From Geosiphon pyriformis uo1 (taxonomy: Eukaryota; Fungi; Glomeromycota): a stretch of DNA of 15,517 nt. Where the stretch lies: NCBI GenBank assembly GCA_016748015.1, contig JAAOMT010000693.1, positions 1 to 15,517 of the forward strand. The letters run 5' to 3'. The translations under genes were made by a program, and so were the position numbers. The notes beneath the pieces were generated by a model that did no database searches, was not told where the DNA came from, and worked only from the letters and a program-made list of their open reading frames with translations. Shown here one piece after another: positions 1-8,345 of this stretch (position 1 is the first letter of the stretch; each line of letters starts with the position of its first letter).

Positions 1-256
1 CCTAATCCTAACCCTACCCTAACCCTAACCCTAACCCTAACCCTAACCCTAACCCTAACCCTAACCCTAACCCTAACCCTAACCCTAACCCTAACCCTAA
101 CCCTATCCCTAACCCTAACCCTATCCCTAACCCTATCCCTAACCCTATCCCTAACCCTATCCCTATCCCTATCCCTAACCCTAACCCTAACCCTATCCCT
201 ATCCCTATCCCTATCCTTATCCCTATCCCTATAAATATCCCTATAAATATCCCTAA
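1..256 (+). repeat. Telomeric tract (CCCTAA)n = TTAGGG on the minus strand, with proximal CCCTAT variants
   Basis: 14 perfect CCCTAA units at 17-100, mixed CCCTAA/CCCTAT 101-190, mostly CCCTAT 191-232, then AAATAT-CCCTAT-AAATAT-CCCTAA to 256. The C-rich strand lies at the 5' edge of the window, as expected for a left chromosome end. Whether the window start is the contig end cannot be seen. Confidence 0.9.
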
Positions 257-260
257 CTCA

Positions 261-737
261 ATGCAACCAATCAATGAAAAAAACTTTCAAGAAACACTCC
301 AAAAAAAAGCCTATACGCTTCTTAATACACTGGAAGGAAAAAGAAAGATAGCAGCAACTCACATTAAACATTCTCAAGCTCAACAAAAAGAAAAACATAA
401 CAACAAATTACCTCCTATTATCAACGAATTTAAATTTGAAAATAAAATTCTTTTACACAAAACTAAGGCTAAAAAACAATGGAGTGGAAAATTTGAAAAC
501 AAATGAGATGAACCATTTTATATTCACGAAATTCTAGGCAATGGATCATACAAGTTATGATTTGATAATAAAATACTAAAAAAAATTGCATATAAAGACA
601 GATTGAAACACTATTATTCCAAAAACAATCCTAAAATATTAATTCCACAAATTGGTACACATTCTCTTTTAATAAATCCTGAAGATATTCCCCGAAATTT
701 AGAACCAATAATTATAATAGAACAACAACTAAACTGA
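261..737 (+). pseudogene. C-terminal remnant of Ty3/gypsy integrase (element A)
   Basis: Reading through two in-frame TGA stops: ...KQWSGKFENK*DEPFYIHEILGNGSYKL*FDNKILKKIAYKDRLKHYY...LEPIIIIEQQLN*. This is a decayed 'W-x-GPF...GSYKL...RLK' GPY/F module, paralleling element B 13690-13916. Confidence 0.85.
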
Positions 738-891
738 AACACTTAAATTTTACAATAATTTTTTAATAAAAACACAAAGACAAAAAATAGTAAATAATTA
801 CAAAAAACACCCAAACCCAAAAACAAATAAAAACTCCATATCCTAAAATAATTTTCTTTATTCTCCCTTTTCATAATTAGTCAATTTTATC

Positions 892-1599
892 ATGATTATT
901 CCCCGAAATATTCAACAAATATCCCAAAAGTTAATTTTAGCCTTGAAAACACTTTTTGACTTATCCATAACGATTAATGAAAGTCAAATTAATTATATTC
1001 AGAAAAAAATCACAGCCACAGTAGTAAATTATTTACAGAATTATCACCCCTATAGAAAAAAAACAAAAAGTCACTCTGAAAATAAGTTACCAAGACTTTT
1101 GAAGCAAGCATTAGAAGAAAATCTTTTAATTGTCCCTATTAATATTCCACCAAATGCTACAATACAACAAAAACTTCTACTACTTCTAAATGAACAGAAC
1201 AATAAACACATCCCTATCTATAAATACTTTTACATTGAAAAGACACTTTATGAACAAAAACTGGAACTTGAAACAACAAATCTCACTCTTGAAGCTATAC
1301 AAAAACAAATTCATAATGAATTTAAAACAGCAGCTGGATTAACAAACACTCACTACAAACTTAGAACAGCTTTTAGACTCTATGATTTGTTTAATACTTG
1401 TAAAAATGTTTTACCAAATCCAATACTGCAACCAATGAAAATCCAATACATTGGCAAACTCACAGAACTGAAATTTCAACAATTTTCAGACCAGATTACT
1501 TCAATTATTTTGGATCACTATCTTAATATTACAGATAGTGCTTGGACTTTGATGAAGCTCAGTCTTGAGGAGGAAATTATGTTACCAGTAGAATTTTAG
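892..1599 (+). CDS. Element A ORF3: accessory protein of unknown function downstream of integrase
   Basis: Intact 235-codon ATG ORF between the integrase stop and the LTR. No obvious signal peptide or TM helix. A decayed second copy lies at 6241-6420 and a positional/weak sequence counterpart is in element B. Confidence 0.7.
   Translation: MIIPRNIQQISQKLILALKTLFDLSITINESQINYIQKKITATVVNYLQNYHPYRKKTKSHSENKLPRLLKQALEENLLIVPINIPPNATIQQKLLLLLNEQNNKHIPIYKYFYIEKTLYEQKLELETTNLTLEAIQKQIHNEFKTAAGLTNTHYKLRTAFRLYDLFNTCKNVLPNPILQPMKIQYIGKLTELKFQQFSDQITSIILDHYLNITDSAWTLMKLSLEEEIMLPVEF
1567..1576 (+). promoter_or_regulatory. Polypurine tract of element A
   Basis: GAGGAGGAAA followed by TTA and the LTR start TGTTACC at 1580. 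Confidence 0.75.
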
Positions 1600-2547
1600 C
1601 TATTAATTAGCATGAAATTATCTTTATAAATCCTATAATTAATTAGTATATTAATATCATTTCAAATTATTATTTATTATTTAATCAATTATTACATATT
1701 ACAATTCAATTAAATAATCCAATTAGTATAACAGAAAGTAAGATGATCAAATTACACAATATCCTGAACTTTGTAACATTCAAAAATTCGCTGAAATTTA
1801 TAGAAATTTGCCAAAATTATGAATAGTTCACCCAAATTAATCAATAGTTCAGCGAAATAACTTGTAATTCATCAAAATGTATCTTTAGTTCACCGAAATT
1901 TGAGCAAAGAGAATAAGTGCAAGTTCATAGACTAGTACTACAACAAGTTGTATAAAAGAAAAGCTTTTTTCTTCAAAGAAATGTATCTTACTTTAGATTT
2001 ATCACTTAGAACCATTTCTATACACACAAAAAAAATAAATATCAAATAATTTGAAAAACCAAATTCTTTAATTATTGCACTTGGAAAATTCCCAAAACCC
2101 AACTAATGTTTTGAAATTAATTAGCTACCAATTTTAGTAAACTGTTAGTGACTTCAGGCCTGGATAGAAAACGTTTCTCTTGACAGAATTTAATTTCTTT
2201 TACATTTCTTTTATTTTCTTTTATTTTCTTACTATAATTATTAGGGTAGTCTACAAACAAGATTTCTGTAGAAGAGTTGATTTTTACAGCAAAGTTACTA
2301 CACATTTTTAGTGAGCTTCCAGACAAACAATTCTTGAGAAAGAGTTGACATTCACTGCAATATAACTACATAAAGTAACTGGCACAAAATTGGCCATTCC
2401 ATTTATAAGCCCAGCAGTTCAAATTATAGGAGATAATTTGAAGATAAATTCAATTATTGGAGATTCAACTACTTCTAGAAAACGTGAATTTGCAACCAAC
2501 AGACATTTACAACATTCAAAAAAAGAGATCAAAAACCTTCAATAACA
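1580..2547 (+). repeat. 3' LTR of element A (968 bp)
   Basis: Starts TGTTACC after the PPT and ends AATAACA. 1923-2547 aligns with 6440-7045 and similarity stops right after TAACA in both. TATA-like TATAAAA at 1951-1957. Confidence 0.82.
1785..1899 (+). promoter_or_regulatory. Array of six phased 13-bp motifs (consensus ARTTCRCCGAAAT) in U3 of LTR A
   Basis: Copies start at 1785, 1805, 1825, 1846, 1866 and 1887 (spacing 20-21 bp, variable spacers), ending about 50 bp upstream of the TATA-like box. The regulatory role is inferred. Confidence 0.6.
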
Positions 2548-2990
2548 CCACCAATGACTGTGAATGAGCTAGAATTGGCTGCTTTAAAGATCAAAGAGTT
2601 GATAAAAAAAGCTTGGCTAAAATGTGTATTAACAGAAACACCAGTATACAGACCCAAAATTGTAACCGAAAGCTTGTCTTTAAATAAAAAATAAACAGAA
2701 ATCAGCTGACCAGGAATTTTGTTCACCTTTGAAACATGCCAAGCCAAAGAACTGTTCATAATAGCAACTCCAGTACCAAAAAAACCCACACCCAAACCAG
2801 AAGTGAAAATCCGAATTCCATCAAACTTATTCATAATTCAAAGTCTAATATTAGATCTCAATTTGGTTTCTGTAACAATAGAAACCATATTTCCTAATTC
2901 CTTATGCTAACAAACAATGTCTTCCTGCTTTGCAGGGACATTTATACCTCTAATATTACACGTAGTAAATTTCCAAACTAAATTACTCAT
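2548..2990 (-). pseudogene. LINE ORF2 N-terminus: apurinic-like (APE) endonuclease, truncated
   Basis: MSNLVWKFTTCNIRGINVPAKQEDIVC*HKELGNMVSIVTETKLRS...GTGVAIMN...TILGLY...SSFTVIGG|. Contains the N-x-x-G, ETK, GVAI and hydrophobic-Y motifs, and breaks exactly before the expected DFN. Confidence 0.88.
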
Positions 2991-4850
2991 TAAAAAGTAG
3001 GAGGAACAAACAAATTCAAGTCAGAACACAAGTGATCTAATCTCTCTAAAACTGACTTAACTAACACTTTTAGAGCCACTATCTTGGATTTCAAACCTCC
3101 CACTTTGGTGGTTAAAACCTTAGAACTGTTTAAGCTAATGTCAGCAACCGTATTAGTAACAACCATGGAAAGGGGAATAAAATGAATCAAAGCATCATCC
3201 AAAGTTATATTCAAATCTATGTCCACTGCCAAGGATGTAGAAGCTATAGGAGGAAAGACAAGAGGCAAAGATGCCAGAGGCATTAATTCAACATTGTTCA
3301 GCTTTCTCAAAATATCAGAAACTTGGTCTGCCAAAAGCTCTAAAAAGCATTCCAAAGAAGATAAATGGTTATGTAAAGCAGAGTCACCAGAGGGAGCAGA
3401 GATCATTAAAGAAATTCTAGCACCAGAAAACAAACTATTACCAAAAGACACCAAAGAAACCATGCAAGGTGGAGAACTATTAGAAGAAGAATTAAGTGAC
3501 ATGATCTGTATTCACAACTTGACACCAAAAGTGGCAGGATGGGAGATAGGGACAGTTTTCTTTGTATACAACTTGGCTAGCCAAAGACAATGTTCCACTG
3601 AAGTGACTTTTCTAACAATTTTTGAAGACTTAGGAGTGAATGCAAGTGGTGCACCACATTCCAAAGCAGAATGACCAAGAAACTCATATCTCTCACAATA
3701 AACCAAATCCAGTCTAGCCCAAGAAAGTTTGACATCACCAAATATTAGCTTAGTGCAATAAACAGATTCCATTGCATCCTCAGACTCAAAGCTAACCACA
3801 GCACAGCAAATTCTATTGCCAGAATCCAATAAACAATTTATAATACAAGTTTTCTTACCAGCTCTTTTCAAAAAAGTGCTCAAATCATGAGCAGTTGTTT
3901 CTACAGACAAAGTAAATAACAAAGCCCTGAACCAGTCTCTTGATGCCCATGTTTCACAATCTTTTACAGTTATAGCCACTCACACAGAATTTTTTCCAAT
4001 CAAAAAAAATCATTTAGCAGCCAATTGTATAGTTTGACCTATTTCAGCAAATTCCACCATAGCTTTTTGCCACAATTCAATAAGTTGGATTTTGATCGAC
4101 TTAATTTTGCCAAACTCAGTTAAAGCAGTGACAATCATTTCTTTTGGTGTGTTCATGGGAATTTTTTTGATGACCACAGCCCAATTTGAGCAAATTTTTT
4201 ATTTCTTGAGATTGCTGTTAATAATGATCTTTTTTTCTCTGGTCAATAATATAGCTTTAATTAAGCTCTCATCATAAATAAATGTAGATCAGATAATTTC
4301 TTCAAATTTTGAGGGGGTAGTAACCCCCTCCAAAACCATTGACTAAAGAAAAAAATTTCCTAATGAACTGAGTCTTTGCTGTTACTGATTTCCTTTTCAC
4401 AGCAGAAAGATTGATATCTAAGGCAAAGGATTTTTTAATGAGCACTTCAACCTGAGTTTTTACTACTTTAGGATCAATTCATCTTTTTTCAAAAGAAATA
4501 TTGAAAGAGAGAAGAAGGTGAATTATGTTCTCATCCATTCCAAAATCAATAGTACCAATAGAGAAGCCACCGACCAAATCAATAATGACTTTCTTAGCTT
4601 TGGGAGTTGTTACAGCCAAACCAAGAAAAGAAGCACCACCTGAACTCAACTCAGTACTACCAAGCTTATTGTTATTGAACTCACTGTTCATATCCGAATA
4701 TATGTTCTCATTGATATTAAGTTTAGTCAAAGAAATTTTCTTTTCATCACCAGAGTGTTTGATATTGCTAACAGAGATTTTTTTTTTCTGAGAGAAAGTT
4801 CTATCAACAGGACCATAAAGAGCACTTTTAGGTGTCTTTTTTTTAGACAT
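2990..4850 (-). pseudogene. LINE ORF1 (nucleic-acid-binding protein; RRM-like domains + zinc knuckle), stops and a frameshift
   Basis: ORF-track pieces 4479-4958, 3512-3979 and 2990-3502 join into about 620 codons from ATG 4850 (MSKKKTPK...). RRM-like IPMNTPKEMIVTALTEFGKIKSIKI and RALLFTL...CAVVSFES segments. Degenerate CX2CX4HX4C (CERYEFLGHSALEC) at ~3656-3697. Confidence 0.8.
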
Positions 4851-5012
4851 ATTGCTATTCAAAGCAGCCTCCAGATCTACCACAAATAGGTTATTAGCTT
4901 GAAAAATAATAAGAGTAATAAAACAAGCAGGATAAAAACAAAAAAACTTCTTTTTCAAAATTTGCTCTTTGGAAAATTAGGACAAAAAAGAGAAAAAAGT
5001 TTTTTAAATATG

Positions 5013-5605
5013 CTTTTTGTTGCAGTTTTTACACTTAAGTAAAATATAAAATAGTTGTTTCTGTAATTCTAATTTATAATACCAAACTTTATTTCAACTA
5101 CTAATTTCTTTAAAAATTTTTTGTTTTGTTTTTTTAGTCTAATTAGATATTAATTCAAAAGTTATATATGTTTTAGTAATTGGTATTTCTTTTTTTTTTA
5201 AATTCGAACATAGAGGTTTTTTCTGATTATTTGTTAAAAGTACTACATATAACAAGCACTCTAATATATTGTTTTTGATATGAAATTTTAAGTTTTTGGG
5301 TTTTTTAATCTAAGTTTGTATTGGTCTTGAAAAGCCAATTATTTTTAATAAATGTTTAATATTGAGATGTATTTATAATTAAAACTTTTATTAAAATGAT
5401 AATTCCATTAATTGTGAAAAAAAAGTTGTTAATTTTTTTTACTGGGATCTTCTTTATATTATTGGCTATTACAATTACTGTTTGGACTAATCTGTCTATA
5501 TTTTAATTTAGTTGTTGTATTAGTTAGTAGATAATAATACTTTTGGCAAATTTACTGTTTAGAATTAATCAAATTTGCTTTTCTTTAACTTTAGCTTTAA
5601 TATTA
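5013..5605 (-). pseudogene. Highly decayed Ty3/gypsy aspartic protease region (element C relic)
   Basis: Manual minus-strand translation: KAKVKEKQI*LILNSKFAKSIII...TVIVIANNIKKIPV...IKVLIINTSQY*TFIKNNWLFKTNTNLD*KTQKLKISY...KCKNCNKK. Restoring A->G/T->C gives LILDSGSAGS (5551-5559 = DSG) and a 'GNDWL...LDW' motif like element B's LILDSRSSVS / VGNKWL. Not in the ORF track. Confidence 0.7.
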
Positions 5606-5676
5606 TTACTTATAAAAATTAAGAGTATTGTATAGTTAAAAAATTTGCCAATCAGAAGTAGACATAATAACAAAGG

Positions 5677-5786
5677 AATTTCAAGATTATTCTGAAGAAA
5701 TTGCAGGATTCCAGAATTTTAGAATTCTAGAATTCTTCATAAAAAATTACAGGATTTTTCTGAAGAAATCACAAGATTCCAGAAAT
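5677..5786. repeat. Imperfect 42-bp direct repeat pair around AGAATT(C/T)T units
   Basis: 5677-5718 aatttcaagattattctgaagaaattgcaggattccagaatt vs 5745-5786 aattacaggatttttctgaagaaatcacaagattccagaaat. Confidence 0.65.
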
Positions 5787-6240
5787 TTCATATAATACCA
5801 ATTATGTATATATAGCAGTAGTATTAGAAGCAAAAAAAGACAGAATTCAGTTCAGTTTTAATTTAGCATTTTTTTTTATCTATTAATTAATCCTCACTTC
5901 ACATATAGTTACTGTTAACCAAAATGAATTTATTAACCATATCAAATAAAACATACTTATTATCATTTAATCTATATTATTATTATTTAATTGAAAATTT
6001 TCATCACTTTTCTATTATTAATACTTTATGTTAATAACATTCAACACTTAAATATATTAAAACAATAGCTTTTGATCATAACAATTAACAGGATATTAAT
6101 TTTTTCTTTTTTTTTATTTATTTATTTATTTTTATTTTGTTGTTTTGTTGCTTTACTAACTGATTAAAGAATTAATACATAAAGTACTAACATTAAAAAT
6201 AGCACTGATAAAAAACCCAAAAATAAGAGTAGACATTCGA

Positions 6241-7045
6241 AATTTGAAACAACAAATCTTATTCTTAAAGCTATACAAAAACAAATTTACAATAAATTCA
6301 AGACAACAATTGGATTAATAAACACTTATTACAAACCTAAAACAGTTTTTAAATTTTATAATCTATTTAATATTTGTAAAAATGTCCTACAAAATTTAAT
6401 ATTTCAATCAATAAAGATTCAGATGTGTATAAGAGACAGGTTCATAGACTAGTATTATAACAAGTTGTATAAAAGAAAAACTTTTCTTTTTAAGAAAATG
6501 TATTTTATTTATAATAATTTTATCATAGATATCTTATTTGAGAATTATTTTTTTTAGAACAAGTCTCTTAGTACAAATCAAATAAAAACCAAATACTTAA
6601 AAAATGCAAAAATTTATTAGTTAATATTTGAAATTCTAACTAATGTTTTATAATTAATTAATAACTTTAGGTTTAAATAGAAAACAATTCCTTTAACAAA
6701 ATTTTATTTCTTTTATATTTCTATTATTTTTTTTTATTTTTTTTAATATAATTATTAAAATAGTTTACAGACAAAATTCTTGTAAAAAAGTTAATTTTTA
6801 TAGCAAAGTAATTACACATTTTTAGTAAGCTTTCAGATAAGTAATTTTTAAAAAAAAGTTGACTTTTATTATAAAGTAATTGGCATAAAATCAGCTATTC
6901 TACTTATAAATCCAGTATTTTAAATTATAGAAAATAATTTAAAAATAAATTCAGTTATCAGAGATTTAACAGTTTTCAAAAATGTGAATTTATAATAAAC
7001 AGACATTAACAACATTTAAAAAAAAGACCAAAAACCTTAGTAACA
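6241..7045 (+). mobile_element. Second, more decayed fragment of element A family (ORF3 piece + distal LTR)
   Basis: 6241-6420 is collinear with 1265-1444, and 6440-7045 with 1923-2547, ending GTAACA. Confidence 0.85.
6421..6439 (+). other. Tn5/Nextera mosaic end adapter (probable library/assembly artefact)
   Basis: Exact AGATGTGTATAAGAGACAG, 19/19, sitting at a point where 478 bp of the paralogous copy are missing. Confidence 0.95.
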
Positions 7046-7639
7046 ATATTTCTAAAAATATGTCATAATTTTCTAAAAATATGTTTACTTGTTAAGTACT
7101 ATTTTTTTATTAGTCTATTTTTATAATTTGTTTTTTTTATTTCTTTCTTGTATTTTTTTTCTATAAATAACAATAATAATAAAAATTTCACCTAATGGCT
7201 TTTATAATTAATTTGGTTTTTTGTTAACTAAAATAGTTTATTTGCTTGGTATTGTTAAGTTTTTTGTAGTTAGTTTTGGTCTGTATAAAATGTGTTTGTT
7301 TTTTTCAAGCATAAACAATAGTACAGAAGTTTATATAAAAATGTAATATTGTTTTGATTAACTTAAATAACTGGTCATATATAGCAAATATATAAGTTAT
7401 ATCTAGTTAGATTTATTTAGTTTGTTTCTGTATACTATATAGTGATTAAGTTGTATTCATTAATAATAATAATAAAAATTAAACCATAGTTATTTAAATA
7501 CTATTTTAATTATTAAATAAATTATTATAATTAATAATAATAAAATACATACTATTATTAAGTCAAAAAAATTATTAATAGAAAAAAATTAATAATAAAA
7601 TAGATAAATATATACTTAAATATATAATAACAATTATAT

Positions 7640-8293
7640 TGTTACAGTTGAAATTTATACTTTTTATTAATTATCACATGTATTAACCACTGATGTCATA
7701 TAAATTAGTCACTCTATTTTTAGTAAGTAATCATTAATCTGATCATTAATCTAATCATTGACAACTTTTGACAGCTATATAAGTAATGAATTTTTTAGCT
7801 GTAGAAAAACATGAAAGAATCAAAGAAATAAAAGAAATAAAATAACAACTTCATTTCAATTTTTTTCTTATTGCTAATTTCTCTTTTCCTACTTTCAAGT
7901 ATCTAAACATCTTAAAAATAAAAGATTACTTGTTAGTTATTCCTTACCCTTTTTCTGAAATGTGTAATTGCAACATTTGAAAATTATTGAATAAAACGTG
8001 ACTGAAGAACACATCTGATACTTGATATTGAATTTTAAGAGTGCTAATGTGAGGCATAGAATTATACCAAGTGTAATTATTTGTTGACAGTACAGACTAT
8101 CTCTCTACCTTTAGATTCCCTAGTTACCTTTGAAAAGTATAGTGACTGAGATATTTTATGAGACTAATCTTGCACATTGAATCTATACTCATTCAATTCG
8201 CTTTTTGAAGTTGAATTCCCTTTGATTATTTCCATCACCCTACAATCCTGTTCTCCCTTGTTATCCATTAGCTTGTTACTCCAACTCGTAACA
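7640..8293 (+). repeat. 5' LTR of element B (654 bp)
   Basis: TGTTAC...GTAACA inverted termini. About 90% identical by eye to 14608-15335. TATA-like TATATAAG at 7776-7783. Confidence 0.95.
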
Positions 8294-8299
8294 TAAAAG

Positions 8300-8316
8300 T
8301 GGTGCTCCTTATAAGG
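8300..8316 (+). promoter_or_regulatory. Primer binding site of element B
   Basis: TGGTGCTCCTTATAAGG, 6 nt after the LTR; complementary to a tRNA 3' end ...GGAGCACCA. Confidence 0.75.
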
Positions 8317-8345
8317 TTGTCAAAATCCACTTTGTTTTCTATTGT

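Larger units (their letters stand above)
257..2547 (+). mobile_element. Ty3/gypsy LTR retrotransposon A, 5'-truncated (integrase tail + ORF3 + PPT + 3' LTR)
   Basis: Integrase GPY/F-type tail, then a 235-aa ORF, a polypurine tract and a TGTTAC...ATAACA bounded LTR, whose right end is confirmed by the second copy ending GTAACA at 7045. Confidence 0.85.
2548..5012 (-). mobile_element. Non-LTR retrotransposon (LINE, APE-type), 5' half only, decayed
   Basis: ORF1 with RRM-like segments and a CCHC knuckle, followed by the N-terminus of an APE endonuclease, cut by LTR A. The 5' boundary is approximate (where the protease relic stops). Confidence 0.85.

Noticed and set aside
18-260. Telomeric tract is in an open (Pro-Asn) frame with the integrase remnant
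   Set aside because: Two of three frames of CCCTAA are open by default, and there is no upstream start or promoter.
14-274. 86-aa Gly-Leu/Gly-Ile ORF
   Set aside because: It is simply the translation of TTAGGG/ATAGGG repeats.
687-909. 12-bp repeat ATTCCCCGAAAT (IPRN) in both the integrase tail and the ORF3 start
   Set aside because: Only two short copies with no supporting structure; may be chance.
1785-1899. Repeat-spacer pattern as a CRISPR array
   Set aside because: 13-bp degenerate repeats with 7-8-nt spacers inside a eukaryotic LTR, and no cas genes.
2719-4791. Plus-strand ORFs 2719-2910, 3219-3674, 4092-4277 and 4525-4791
   Set aside because: Antisense shadows of the LINE ORFs with no independent motifs.
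2548-5012. LINE as a telomere-specific retrotransposon (SART/TRAS/HeT-A-like)
   Set aside because: It is not inserted in telomeric repeats and is separated from them by element A. The TAATG similarity alone is insufficient.
6421-6439. Natural IS50/Tn5 insertion or bacterial horizontal transfer
   Set aside because: The sequence is the engineered mosaic end, single, with no transposase or 9-bp duplication.
1580-7045. The two A-type LTRs as the ends of one element enclosing the LINE
   Set aside because: Both are preceded by ORF3 sequence, so both are 3' LTRs. There is no PBS after 2547, and the copies differ greatly in decay.
7049-7084. 15-bp duplication TTTCTAAAAATATGT
   Set aside because: Small local tandem duplication in very AT-rich DNA, with no evident function.
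7090-7635. Possible decayed coding relic in the AT-rich spacer
   Set aside because: No motif could be recovered by manual translation.
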